Of a DNA stretch of 64,000 nt, positions 26,180 to 36,606 are shown piece after piece. The stretch is from an uncultured virus (IMG/VR IMGVR_UViG_3300027828_000031). Its lineage: Duplodnaviria > Heunggongvirae > Uroviricota > Caudoviricetes. Location of the stretch: the IMG/VR virus record IMGVR_UViG_3300027828_000031; one strand, given 5' to 3'. The position numbers and the translations under genes are program-made. The notes beneath the pieces are model-generated. The model did no database searches, was not told where the DNA came from, and saw nothing but the letters and a program-made list of their open reading frames with translations. The stretch's first letter is position 1; each line of letters starts with the position of its first letter.

Positions 26180-27052
26180 ATGAGCATGGGTAATCAAGCA
26201 ATCGATTATAAGAACTTAAGAATTTCTGAATTACACACTCGAGCTGATTTTGCATCTATCATGACTCAAGTAATTAATCCATTACTTTTGTCTGGTGTAA
26301 CTGAGGAACCATCGCTTTTTGAGCAAATATTCAGAACATTCCAAGTAGGTAAATCTACTATTCAATTCCCATTCCTAGACGGTTTGGTAGTTGGTAAAAT
26401 TACAGAAGGTGAAGAAATTCCATTCACTTATATTGGTTATGGAATCAAGACTATTACTGTAGAAGATTATGGTATTAGAGTTGGTTTTACACGTCAACAA
26501 ATCCGTGAGGATGAACTTGATTTAATGAGATATACAGCCGAAGAGGTTGGTCGTGCTCATACTAGAACTAAAAATATGGTTGCATTCGCGGCTCTTGAAG
26601 CTGGTGCAGGTAACTCTGCGGCGGCGGCAACTCCTGGCACATTAGCTCTTGTTGACATTCGTGCGGCTAAATTGGCTGGCTCAAAATTCGTAGAAGCTAA
26701 CACAGGTATCTTCCGTCCAGTACAATTTACACATCTGATTGTAAATCAAGAACAACATGATGATCTATTACCAGTTGACAATAATACTATTCCACCAGGA
26801 ATTGTGTTAAATTTCGAAACTGGTGAAATCAGTGGTGTATTAGGTTTACGTTTAGTAATAACTAACTGGATTACTGCTGGTGTTGCATTAATTTTGCGTG
26901 CACAGGAGAGACTGTTATATCTTGTACGTGAATCGATCTCAATTGACAATGCTGAAGTTTTTGCAACGGCGGCCGAAGAAATTCGTACGATCGAAGCATT
27001 TGGTTTTGCAATTCTTGACTCGAATCACGTATATAAAATTACGGGAGCATAG
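26180..27052 (+). CDS. Major capsid protein (HK97 fold)
   Basis: ITEGEEIP, YGIRVGFTRQQIRED, LGLRLVI; position. Confidence 0.85.
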   Translation: MSMGNQAIDYKNLRISELHTRADFASIMTQVINPLLLSGVTEEPSLFEQIFRTFQVGKSTIQFPFLDGLVVGKITEGEEIPFTYIGYGIKTITVEDYGIRVGFTRQQIREDELDLMRYTAEEVGRAHTRTKNMVAFAALEAGAGNSAAAATPGTLALVDIRAAKLAGSKFVEANTGIFRPVQFTHLIVNQEQHDDLLPVDNNTIPPGIVLNFETGEISGVLGLRLVITNWITAGVALILRAQERLLYLVRESISIDNAEVFATAAEEIRTIEAFGFAILDSNHVYKITGA

Positions 27053-27064
27053 GAGGAATAGAAG

Positions 27065-27436
27065 ATGCCAGAAACTAATAAAGAAAAAGCAACTACTCCA
27101 GCTGAAAAGCCGGAAGTTAAGCCAACTGCTAAACCTACTGCTAAAAATCCAATGGATGAAAAGCAATATTGTCATCTGATTACAATGGTACGTAGAGGCA
27201 CATTCACAGACCGTAAAGGTCGTGTATGGCGTGGAGGTTCAAAACCAAAACATGTGCCAGCAATTTACAAAGGCGCACTCAGTGAACGCCAAATCCATAC
27301 GGATTTAAACCAAGAAGCATATCTTGAAAAGAATGATGACATCAGATGGATGGTAGATAACAATGAAATGACAATTTCTACTATCGATAAGCAAAAAGGT
27401 GAAAAATTCGAGCAACCAAATATCGAAGTTGAGTAA
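27065..27436 (+). CDS. Hypothetical virion-module protein
   Basis: RBS AGGAGG; after MCP. Confidence 0.6.
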   Translation: MPETNKEKATTPAEKPEVKPTAKPTAKNPMDEKQYCHLITMVRRGTFTDRKGRVWRGGSKPKHVPAIYKGALSERQIHTDLNQEAYLEKNDDIRWMVDNNEMTISTIDKQKGEKFEQPNIEVE

Positions 27437-27446
27437 GGAGTGATGA

Positions 27447-27872
27447 TTGATGGCTGTTTCATTGGAAGATATTAAAGCCAGAGTACAGCATTTAGTCGAT
27501 CGCATGAACAATCTCATAGCCGATGATCAAACAATTGATATCGATATCTGCGTATCACGTGCAATTGCTGATGCGCAGGTCGATATATCATCATTAGACC
27601 CTGATAGCAAGTTATTTTTAGCACTTGAGATCAGGGTCATGTACTATGTAGTATACGAAGCACGATTTACTATCATGCTAGATTTCCGCATAGATACAGG
27701 TAATGAAGGTCGTGAAATCGATAAGACTAAGAGACTGGATAATCTTAAAAAGACGATGGATGATTTAGATCGTCAGTATAAAGTAGCAATTAATGCCGCT
27801 AGATCAGTATCTGGTATAGTGTCACTTAGTGGGCGTGATACTGTAGATCTAGGAGATATTAGTACAGGATGA
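27447..27872 (+). CDS. Putative head-tail adaptor
   Basis: Position and size. Confidence 0.5.
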   Translation: MMAVSLEDIKARVQHLVDRMNNLIADDQTIDIDICVSRAIADAQVDISSLDPDSKLFLALEIRVMYYVVYEARFTIMLDFRIDTGNEGREIDKTKRLDNLKKTMDDLDRQYKVAINAARSVSGIVSLSGRDTVDLGDISTG

Positions 27873-28342
27873 TTCTTAGTACTGCGGAACGTACTCAACT
27901 GGATAGAGATATCAGAGAATCAATCGTTAGTTATGGATATGAAGTCATATTAGTTGATAAAGTTAAACCAACTGATACATCAGCTTCATGGAATCCTGTA
28001 TTTAATGAGGTAATTGGCGATTATCAGTTTAACATACGACAGAATATTCCTGCAGGTCTTTATAATGACACTTATAGAGATCAAACACGTGATGTCGAGG
28101 TATCTGGATTTGAAAATATGGGTAGGACATTATGTAGTATACCATATAAATACATGTTAAATGATGTACTAACTGATATTCCAGTTGAATTAACAACTAT
28201 TGTAATCTTTGAACATGATTTGACAACCCACTATCAGATTACTGATTATAGATTTAACAATGGTGAACATCGTACTAGATTATTAAGAACAGACGGTGAT
28301 GACAAGATCATTGATGCTGTAAAGGTGGCGTTAGGGATATGA
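27869..28342 (+). CDS. Putative head closure protein
   Basis: Position and size. Confidence 0.45.
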   Translation: MILSTAERTQLDRDIRESIVSYGYEVILVDKVKPTDTSASWNPVFNEVIGDYQFNIRQNIPAGLYNDTYRDQTRDVEVSGFENMGRTLCSIPYKYMLNDVLTDIPVELTTIVIFEHDLTTHYQITDYRFNNGEHRTRLLRTDGDDKIIDAVKVALGI

Positions 28343-28818
28343 GAATAAACTTTAATACAGGTAGGGTACAATCCCGGGTCCATGGTGTCGATCGTACTAT
28401 CCGAAATTTAGCATACAATAATCAGAATGTACTACGCGCGGCACAAGAAGGTTGTGTCATGGCGGCGAGACATTTAAAATTCAAAATACAAGCAAAATTC
28501 GGTAAGTATCAACAAGGATGGGCACCACTATCAATAGCTTATAGATTTAGGAAATTAGCCAAATATGGTACCACTGGTAAACCTCTAATCGCAGAAGGTA
28601 AGATGCAGTCTTCATTTTATATTAGAGAGCCACAGAACAAGCGGATCACTGCATCAGTTGCGTCTGATGATCCAAAACTTAGATTTCATGTTAGTCCAGG
28701 TACTGGGTCTCCAGTTCCTAAACGTGATCCTGTATTTCCAACAGTTGAGGAAGAAGAAGATGCAATGCATAAGATCATACGGCGTAGAGTTGGACGCGCT
28801 GTGAATGGGAGGGGATAG
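28339..28818 (+). CDS. Neck/virion morphogenesis protein (Mu gpG or HK97 gp10-like)
   Basis: GWAPLS...RK...KPLIAEGKMQSS...VPKRD. Confidence 0.7.
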   Translation: MRINFNTGRVQSRVHGVDRTIRNLAYNNQNVLRAAQEGCVMAARHLKFKIQAKFGKYQQGWAPLSIAYRFRKLAKYGTTGKPLIAEGKMQSSFYIREPQNKRITASVASDDPKLRFHVSPGTGSPVPKRDPVFPTVEEEEDAMHKIIRRRVGRAVNGRG

Positions 28819-28820
28819 AT

Positions 28821-29453
28821 ATGGGAATCGCAGATAAACCTATATTGCCAGCAATTGATTTTAATTTTGAGATGTCTATACTCAAACAATTGGGTGACAG
28901 ATTAAATGATAGTGCGATTGAGGCTCTATATCCTATTCTAGACAGAGATAATCTTGTAATAGCAATTGCATATCCGGAAGATTTTACAAAATTCCAAAAA
29001 CCATCTATCATTCTGCAGAAAATGAATTGCATGATAGATAAAATAGCTCTCGGCAACTTCTTAGGTGTTAGAACAAATGCTAATGAGGAAGTCGAAGATG
29101 TTCACGGTGTGGCCTATAAGATGAATTATCAATTTATAATTAATACACGTAATAATACAGATAAATGTTTATTACATGCACTGGTTCTCGACCACTTCTT
29201 AACGAAGAATAGAATTGATAATACAGGTGATTTTACATTATATGATTTCACTGGAGATGTACATACACCAGTCGAAATAGGTACTATCCAATTATTGTCT
29301 GGATTTGATGGAGTTTCACTTGCGAGCAATAATAACAATGATTACGCAGGAACGATTTCATTCGATTCTCATGTAATACAAACCGATGTTCCCACACAAA
29401 GTTTCGTTGATCTTGCGTTGGGGTATGACATCAATTATACTATAACGTTATAA
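28821..29453 (+). CDS. Putative tail terminator
   Basis: Directly upstream of the sheath gene. Confidence 0.45.
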   Translation: MGIADKPILPAIDFNFEMSILKQLGDRLNDSAIEALYPILDRDNLVIAIAYPEDFTKFQKPSIILQKMNCMIDKIALGNFLGVRTNANEEVEDVHGVAYKMNYQFIINTRNNTDKCLLHALVLDHFLTKNRIDNTGDFTLYDFTGDVHTPVEIGTIQLLSGFDGVSLASNNNNDYAGTISFDSHVIQTDVPTQSFVDLALGYDINYTITL

Positions 29454-29465
29454 AGGAGGTAAACA

Positions 29466-30527
29466 ATGCCAAATAAAATTATTGGTTCGAGTGAGATAGT
29501 CTCCGGCGTCATTCAGCCAAGTCCTGGTATTAAAAGAGTTTATATTATTGGTGCCAAAGGTACGGCTGGTTCTATGACAGATCTACAGTCAGAGCTTACA
29601 ATCAGCAAGGATGATGCCGAAGCAAAAATCGGTACTGGTACAACGATACCTGATCTCGTGGAAGCTGTTATAAATAATGGTGGTCGTGAGATATATCTAA
29701 CCACTATCGACACAGTTGAGGTAGAATTAGATGATAAGTACAATGCGGCACTAGACTTAATCTCAAATGATGATGCTAGACAATCAATTATTATACTTGA
29801 TATTGCGGCTGAGGCTACAGTTACGGTAGCTATTAAAGCATGGCTGTCATTAATGGAGACAGCAAATAGACATCGTTATTATATTCCAGGAATTGTGGCA
29901 GGAGACGATACAATCCCAGAGCACAAGACTGCGGCATTAGCATTTGCTGATAAACGTATTATTTATCCAGGTACTACCACTCTTGAGGCTGGTGGCGGTG
30001 ATACATCAGGTACAATTCAAGCCGCTCGATTTGCGGGTATATTCGCATCAGAAACTGCAGATCCAGCATTGCCACTTAATAGTGTAGTAGTTCAAGGTCC
30101 AATTGGTCTCAAGGATGTAATTACTACAGTTGTAGCAGATGATTTGGTTGATAATCAGGTCACAGCGATGATAGCCAATGGTGGTAACATTGAAATATAC
30201 CGTACGGTTACAACATCTACAGATGCTAATTACGAGGCATTCACTACTGTATTGACTGAGGATTATACACTCGATAGAGTATTAACTAGACTTAAGACTG
30301 ATTTCAAACGAAATAAGAAATCTGATAGAATACTTAATGCTATTAGAGATTCTGTTATTGATGAACTATTGACTGTTGAAAGCTTAGAGATAATTGAAGA
30401 CTTTGATCAAGATTCAGTTGTAGTTAGGGCAGATCCTCAGGATAGCTTCGGCGCACTTGTTGATTATGCAATCAATATTGTTACACCACTCTATACGCTT
30501 ACTGTTAAGCAGAATCTTACAATTTAA
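29466..30527 (+). CDS. Contractile tail sheath protein
   Basis: DPALPL, IYRTVTT, C-terminal VDYAINIVTPLY. Confidence 0.8.
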   Translation: MPNKIIGSSEIVSGVIQPSPGIKRVYIIGAKGTAGSMTDLQSELTISKDDAEAKIGTGTTIPDLVEAVINNGGREIYLTTIDTVEVELDDKYNAALDLISNDDARQSIIILDIAAEATVTVAIKAWLSLMETANRHRYYIPGIVAGDDTIPEHKTAALAFADKRIIYPGTTTLEAGGGDTSGTIQAARFAGIFASETADPALPLNSVVVQGPIGLKDVITTVVADDLVDNQVTAMIANGGNIEIYRTVTTSTDANYEAFTTVLTEDYTLDRVLTRLKTDFKRNKKSDRILNAIRDSVIDELLTVESLEIIEDFDQDSVVVRADPQDSFGALVDYAINIVTPLYTLTVKQNLTI

Positions 30528-30538
30528 GGAGGTCCAGC

Positions 30539-30967
30539 ATGAAGAAACTTAATATGAATCTCCAGCTATTTGCTGGACAAGGTGTTAAATTAACAACATC
30601 GGATGACATATTTATCGAGGTAAATAACGTCCGAGTTGCTGGTGTACAAAACTACAATGTTGATTTTACATCTAATAATAAACGCCATGATGCATTTGGT
30701 CAACGCGATGGTATTGGTTGGTCAGAATCTGAGCAAGAATATACTATTACATTGACTAGACTTTATCTAGAAGATACAGCCATCAATGATGGTCTTGACT
30801 TCTATGATATCGTTAATGAACAATTTAATATTGTTATCGACAAAAATGGCAAACGTACAACTTACTCAACATGTTCAATACAAGGCATTAGAGAAGTTGG
30901 CGATCTTAAACAATCAGTTATGGAAACATTGACTGTACAAGCACTTACTCGAACAAAAACTAGCTAA
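30539..30967 (+). CDS. Tail tube protein with N-terminal NLQLFA motif
   Basis: 142 aa after sheath; MKKLNMNLQLFAG. Confidence 0.75.
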   Translation: MKKLNMNLQLFAGQGVKLTTSDDIFIEVNNVRVAGVQNYNVDFTSNNKRHDAFGQRDGIGWSESEQEYTITLTRLYLEDTAINDGLDFYDIVNEQFNIVIDKNGKRTTYSTCSIQGIREVGDLKQSVMETLTVQALTRTKTS

Positions 30968-30989
30968 TTAAAATGAAGGAGGTACTGTT

Positions 30990-31478
30990 GTGATTAAACT
31001 ATCAAGTTTGAGACGTGACGTGCCTCCTCACTCTATGCACGAATTCAAGGATGGGAACGGGAAACCAATTTTTGAATTTGCTATCGTTCTATTAAATATG
31101 GAACAGATTCGTAGATGTGGGGAGCAGGTCGTATTATTTAACAAGAATAATGAGGTTGATGATCCAAATTATAGTGAGGTAATATTTAATATTAACCTAG
31201 TATATCATTGCATGAGACAGCCAGATAATTTAGACATGCATATAGCAAATGGGATTGATGAGATCCAAGAATTCCTTAGTGAAGGTCGTATGAATTATAT
31301 AGTAGAGCAATACTATCTACTTGAGGCCGTTCATTCTCCAAAATCACTAGAACTATTGACAAATGAGGAGATGGAAGAGCTAAAAAAGCTTATCGGGCAG
31401 ATCCAATTGAGCAATTTAAGTACCATATCGCAAGCACATTTAAAGTCCTTCCTTCATCTACAGAATTTAAAAGGATGA
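30990..31478 (+). CDS. Tail assembly chaperone (G)
   Basis: Between tube and TMP; A AAA AAG slippery site at 31382-31388. Confidence 0.75.
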   Translation: MIKLSSLRRDVPPHSMHEFKDGNGKPIFEFAIVLLNMEQIRRCGEQVVLFNKNNEVDDPNYSEVIFNINLVYHCMRQPDNLDMHIANGIDEIQEFLSEGRMNYIVEQYYLLEAVHSPKSLELLTNEEMEELKKLIGQIQLSNLSTISQAHLKSFLHLQNLKG

Positions 31479-31714
31479 CAGACGAAGATTGGCTATGGCT
31501 ATTCATTTGTCAACAAGTCAAGCACGATATGGAAGAAGAGCGAACATGTGGAGTCTGCCTGAGCAAATCAGAAGATGACGATAGATGTATCAAATGTGGA
31601 GGATTGATTGGTAATACAGGCAAGAATCCAAATTTTGATCAAAACAGATTTGACAAATTAAAGGAAGGTGGTGACATAGATGCCACAGAGAGAGCGGATA
31701 GAGATAGCAATTGA
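31382..31714 (+). CDS. Tail assembly chaperone frameshift extension (T part of GT)
   Basis: -1 frame is open from the heptamer (AYRADPIEQF...) into the 31475-31714 ORF. Confidence 0.7.
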   Translation, partial: KKAYRADPIEQFKYHIASTFKVLPSSTEFKRMTDEDWLWLFICQQVKHDMEEERTCGVCLSKSEDDDRCIKCGGLIGNTGKNPNFDQNRFDKLKEGGDIDATERADRDSN

Positions 31715-33824
31715 GGCATATGACCAAGCAAGTGCGGTATATAATCAAGTAATTCATAATACTCAAACTATGGCTGGTAGAATGAATCAGTCATTTATGA
31801 GCATGTCGAACTCGTTGGGTAGATATAATCAGAGTATGAGATGGTTTAACCGTACTGCAATTGTGGCAGTATCAAAATTCGCCTATGAAACTGGTAGGTA
31901 TATCAATTCAGCAATCAAAGACTATGCGGATTTAGAGAGACAACATGCAAAGACAATGGGTGCACTTGCATCTAAGTTCGACAAAACTAATGAAGCACAG
32001 AAAAGATTCATACAAGGCTCAAAGGAACTTCGTGAGAGTGCTATACAACAAGCATTTACTGGACCAACTGGACAAGGATCACTGTATACACCTGCCCAAA
32101 TTTCACAAGCTCATACAGCACTTGCAAAAGCAGGTGTAGAAGACCCAGCGGCAATTGCTAGAATAACACCTAATATTCTTAAATTTGCTGGCGGTAATGA
32201 TATATCTCCAGAAAAAGGTGCAGAATATGCAATTAATCTAAGTAAGATGTGGAATATACCATTAGAGGATATTGGTACATCATTAGATATGGTTACCAAG
32301 TCGGCTGATATGTCAACCATTAATATTGATCAACTTTTCCAATCAATGAAATATGCAGGTCCTATAGCTAATTCACTTAATCGTGATCTAGAAGAAACTC
32401 TAGCATTGATTGTAGAACTTGGTAATAAAGGTATTAAGGGCTCAATGGCTGGTACTGGCATACAGGCTATGATTACAAAGATTATGTCTCCTATTGGCAA
32501 AGGTGAGTCTGGCATGGCATCAGCACCATCTGATTATTCTAGAGAAATATTCCAAGCATTCAGTCAGGAGATCTTGACACCAGAGGGTAATTTGAAGCCT
32601 CTAGAAGAAGTTATGAATATGTTCAATGAAGTAGCTATGACTCTTAATGACCAAGAAACTGCATGGTTTGCACACAAGCTAATTGGTTTACGCCAAATGA
32701 AGGCAATATTGTCATTGTCTACAGGAGGTAGTGAATTAGGTGTTACGGCAGAACAAATTGTAGATTCTCAGGGTGCGGTTGATCTAAAATGGGATCAAAT
32801 GATTAATTCGGCATTTGGTAGAGGTAGAGCATACGATGTAGTCAAGGAAGCAGTGCGAACTGATATTGGCGCTAGACTTGAGCCAGCTACAAATGCTATG
32901 TTTGATGAATTAATTGCGTTCTTACAAAATCCACAAACATATACAATTGATTATACTAAGCTTAGAACAAAATTTAAGGAAGCTGGTGGAAATATAGCAG
33001 AAAGGTATGGAGATGATGCAGGTGCAATGGCAGAAGAAATATTTGACCTACGAGCTAAAGCAACAGTTGGCGGAATTGCCAATCTCCCTCTTATTGGTGG
33101 AATTGGCGGTGGTGTTGTTGATCTATTGGAGGGTGACTTCATTGGTGCTGTTCAATCAGTAAGAGATGGTTTTGATAAGACAACAGAAAATATTAATCAA
33201 TTAGATCCAGAATTACAAGAGATGGCAACAGGTATTAGAAACGTTGTAACAGCTCTAACAGTATTGGCAACACTCAATATAGGAACCAAAATCCTTGAAA
33301 TGGTAACACGTGCATTAGGAACTATTACTGGTGTTGCAAATATGAATGTTGCGGCAGGTAATGTTATAGTTGGTGGTGCTGGTGGTGGTCTTGGTCCTTA
33401 TGGCAATACAGGTACAGGTGCTCTTGCGGCATCAGGCGCATTGGGTGGATCGTCATCTTGGGCTACAATGGGCCTAAGTGGTGCACTTGCTATTGGCGGT
33501 ACTGGAGCATTGATGTATGGCCTTAATAGAATGCAAGAAAATAATCCAATGGCTACGCGTCATTTTAATCGTATGGCTTATGATGTTAGAAATAATGCTG
33601 GTCTTGCAGATTTCAATGCAGGTATGGCTAATAGTATGGCTAAGGTATTAAATGATAAAGTGACACTCCAACCACCAAATGTGAAAGTTGAAGTAAATGT
33701 TGACCAAAATGGTAAATATTCAACTACTACATTTATTGGTGACCAAAGTATGATTAATAGTGCAGAACAACGGTATGATATGATAAGTTCACGATATGGC
33801 GATGGTGCCAGACAATTAGAATAG
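31680..33824 (+). CDS. Tape measure protein (TP901-like core)
   Basis: YTPAQISQA...LAKAG, MKYAGP, GIKGSMAGT. Confidence 0.9.
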   Translation: MPQRERIEIAIEAYDQASAVYNQVIHNTQTMAGRMNQSFMSMSNSLGRYNQSMRWFNRTAIVAVSKFAYETGRYINSAIKDYADLERQHAKTMGALASKFDKTNEAQKRFIQGSKELRESAIQQAFTGPTGQGSLYTPAQISQAHTALAKAGVEDPAAIARITPNILKFAGGNDISPEKGAEYAINLSKMWNIPLEDIGTSLDMVTKSADMSTINIDQLFQSMKYAGPIANSLNRDLEETLALIVELGNKGIKGSMAGTGIQAMITKIMSPIGKGESGMASAPSDYSREIFQAFSQEILTPEGNLKPLEEVMNMFNEVAMTLNDQETAWFAHKLIGLRQMKAILSLSTGGSELGVTAEQIVDSQGAVDLKWDQMINSAFGRGRAYDVVKEAVRTDIGARLEPATNAMFDELIAFLQNPQTYTIDYTKLRTKFKEAGGNIAERYGDDAGAMAEEIFDLRAKATVGGIANLPLIGGIGGGVVDLLEGDFIGAVQSVRDGFDKTTENINQLDPELQEMATGIRNVVTALTVLATLNIGTKILEMVTRALGTITGVANMNVAAGNVIVGGAGGGLGPYGNTGTGALAASGALGGSSSWATMGLSGALAIGGTGALMYGLNRMQENNPMATRHFNRMAYDVRNNAGLADFNAGMANSMAKVLNDKVTLQPPNVKVEVNVDQNGKYSTTTFIGDQSMINSAEQRYDMISSRYGDGARQLE

Positions 33825-33834
33825 GAGGTATAAT

Positions 33835-34650
33835 ATGACTTTACAGCTCGTTCGGATTGGCGATTATACCTTTCCACATAATCCAAGAACATCAATGGGT
33901 AAATTAGAACGTAAATATGTTCGACATGCATATCCAGGTACTACCTATGAAGAATATGAAGATCTAGGACTTGGTAAGAGACAAATCACATTAACTGGTG
34001 AATTTTTCGGTGAAACTTATTTGACTGATTATCATAAGCTAGAAACATTTTTTAGTCTTGGCGGTGTTAGTACCTTTTATCATCCAATACATTTTAATGT
34101 TCAGCATGTGTGTTGTTTAAGTCTGGATGCAAGTGTATCTAATACTGGACAAGAAGTAGTATATACTCTAGTACTTGGAGAACATAGACAAATACAGGCA
34201 TTAACAGAGATCACTGCATCTGAGCCTGCTATTGATCCCGAAGATGCGGCAATTAGACAATTAGGTACACTCAGAAATGGAGATACTGGTTCTGCTGTCG
34301 TAGAACTCCAAAATGCACTTATTAATAATGGATTTACATTACCATTATTTGGTGCTGATGGAATTTTCGGATCTGAAACTGAAAATGCGGTACGTCAATA
34401 TCAATCAGCCAATTCATTATCTATAGATGGTATCGCTGGTCCAATTACATTGACTGCTCTAGGTGTTGAATACTATGGTGGCGCTGGCAGAAATGGCGAA
34501 GAAAAACAAACATATATAGTCAGATCGGGCGATACTCTAGTACGGATTGCTTCTAAATTTGATTTAACATGGCAACAAATAGCTGAGATTAACAATATAG
34601 CTGATCCTAGAGCCTTACAGGTCGGGTCGACATTGGTGGTGGAAATCTAA
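33835..34650 (+). CDS. Tail tube initiator/baseplate protein with PG-binding and LysM domains
   Basis: DGIFGSETENAVRQYQ...DGIAGP (PG_binding_1); YIVRSGDTL..IA (LysM). Confidence 0.85.
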   Translation: MTLQLVRIGDYTFPHNPRTSMGKLERKYVRHAYPGTTYEEYEDLGLGKRQITLTGEFFGETYLTDYHKLETFFSLGGVSTFYHPIHFNVQHVCCLSLDASVSNTGQEVVYTLVLGEHRQIQALTEITASEPAIDPEDAAIRQLGTLRNGDTGSAVVELQNALINNGFTLPLFGADGIFGSETENAVRQYQSANSLSIDGIAGPITLTALGVEYYGGAGRNGEEKQTYIVRSGDTLVRIASKFDLTWQQIAEINNIADPRALQVGSTLVVEI

Positions 34651-35726
34651 TGGATGTAAGAATAACAACTTCGGACAACAAAATATATCAGGTTAATAGA
34701 GCTGAGGAATGGTATATAGAGAATGATGTTATGACCGATGCATCAGAATTTAATGTAGTATTATCCAATCATGATGGTGCATATTCCGGACTAATCAGGC
34801 GATTTGATCGTATTGAGATTATTATTAATGAAGAGGTTATAATATCTGGACTAATTGATCAAGTTGCCTATGATAGTTCTCAGGGCGGATCTAAAATGAG
34901 ACTTAGTGGTCGTGATGATATTGGAATATTGATTGATAATGACGCATTGCCAATTACCACATCAAGTTTTAATACAAATAAGTATATTACTGACAAATGT
35001 GATGAATATGGTATACGAAGTAGTATACCTACTTCATTGCCTTCAACACCTAGACTAATAGTCGGAACTGGAGAATCTGAGATATCAGTTATTAACAATT
35101 TAGCATTGTTTCATGAGAAATCAGTTATATTTGATAATGATACATTAATTGTAGATGATCTTGATATGAATGCCGATCCAACTTATTTGTTTTCATATGC
35201 TACAGGAATCGGTATCAAAGATGCTATACCACTAAAACGTACAGAAATTGTAGAAGATGGCTTACAGCTTGCTAGTGAAATTATCATACATGGGTCTATT
35301 AATGGTGGTAAAACAAAAGCACAGGGTACAGCAACAAATCCAGCACTTACTAGTATTAATATCAAGAAGCGTAAAACCATTAGATCTTCCAATAACGATT
35401 CTGTATCTAAATATTCTGCTAGTGCATTAGATCAAGTTCAACGTAAGTTTAGAGAAGGTATAAAAATTACATCATATATATTTGACACAGAATATGCAAT
35501 CAAGCCCAACCGTACTGCTAGACTTATAGACTTAACTCATAAGATTAATTCTGTATTCTATATTAGTTCTGTTAGATATCAGAAATCTATTAATGAAGGT
35601 TCAATAATTATAATAAATATGATCCCAGCAGATGTTTCATTTAATGTTATGTGGTCAAGCAATAATACGAGTGTTGTACAGCCCGAGACTAAATCATTAG
35701 AAGAATTATTGGCGACGAGGAAGTGA
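34650..35726 (+). CDS. Baseplate hub (XkdQ or Mu gpP-like)
   Basis: SGLID, LSGRD; size and position. Confidence 0.75.
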   Translation: MDVRITTSDNKIYQVNRAEEWYIENDVMTDASEFNVVLSNHDGAYSGLIRRFDRIEIIINEEVIISGLIDQVAYDSSQGGSKMRLSGRDDIGILIDNDALPITTSSFNTNKYITDKCDEYGIRSSIPTSLPSTPRLIVGTGESEISVINNLALFHEKSVIFDNDTLIVDDLDMNADPTYLFSYATGIGIKDAIPLKRTEIVEDGLQLASEIIIHGSINGGKTKAQGTATNPALTSINIKKRKTIRSSNNDSVSKYSASALDQVQRKFREGIKITSYIFDTEYAIKPNRTARLIDLTHKINSVFYISSVRYQKSINEGSIIIINMIPADVSFNVMWSSNNTSVVQPETKSLEELLATRK

Positions 35727-35730
35727 TGTT

Positions 35731-36228
35731 ATGAATAATACCATACTTAAGCGACAAGCAGAAAGAAATAGGGATATCGTCCAAAACCAAAATACCCAAT
35801 ATAAACGCAATCAAATTGCAACTGCAGAGGGTGCCTCAAGCGATGGGAAAACTGTTTCCATCGCTAATAATTTTGTAGGAGACTATGATGCAACCAATTT
35901 TGAACCATATGGATTAGCATCTGGATTATTAAGCGGCTTATTAGTAGCATTGACAACCATTAATGAACAGCGTAGTGGAATAGTCGGTGTAGATCCGAAT
36001 CATCCAGATCGTCCAGATGTAAATCCTGGTGAGGTTATTATTTATTGCAATGGAGATCAGCGTATTAGTCTCCTAGTAGATGGAACATTGATTGTTGAAG
36101 ATGGTAATCATACAATTACTATGGGTTCTACAACATTTAGTTTGGTGTCATCATGGGGTACAACCATTAAATTTAACTCTGATAATACTGCATCTATTAT
36201 TGACAAAGATGGGACAAGGAGGCTCTAA
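35731..36228 (+). CDS. Baseplate spike (Mu gp45-like)
   Basis: EPYGLAS...RP..PGEVIIY. Confidence 0.7.
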   Translation: MNNTILKRQAERNRDIVQNQNTQYKRNQIATAEGASSDGKTVSIANNFVGDYDATNFEPYGLASGLLSGLLVALTTINEQRSGIVGVDPNHPDRPDVNPGEVIIYCNGDQRISLLVDGTLIVEDGNHTITMGSTTFSLVSSWGTTIKFNSDNTASIIDKDGTRRL

Positions 36229-36229
36229 T

Positions 36230-36592
36230 ATGGCAGATATGCGACTTGACAATGATGATGACCTTGCCGTAACAGCGGCAGGTGATATTAGATTAGTTAG
36301 CAGTGAACAAGAAATAATCCAAATGGTCAACTTGGCTGTACGAACACGTATTAATGATGTTGAGTTTGACTTAGAATATGGAAATGAATTATTCAGCAAG
36401 AAATTGAAATATGTTGATACTAGCATACCAACAGTTAGTCAAGATTCAAAAGATGCAATAAATAAACTTGATATTATTGATTCAATTGAGAATGTAGATG
36501 CTATTAGGGATGGTGCAGGTGTATTCCGTATCATATATGCTGTAACTACAACTTCGGGATTGATTGTCAATAGTACTATACCATTACCATAG
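36230..36592 (+). CDS. Baseplate wedge protein (gp25/gp46/XkdS-like)
   Basis: RBS AGGAGG before ATG 36230; MADMRLD...GDI...EYG. Confidence 0.7.
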   Translation: MADMRLDNDDDLAVTAAGDIRLVSSEQEIIQMVNLAVRTRINDVEFDLEYGNELFSKKLKYVDTSIPTVSQDSKDAINKLDIIDSIENVDAIRDGAGVFRIIYAVTTTSGLIVNSTIPLP

Positions 36593-36606
36593 AAAGGAGG
36601 AATTAG

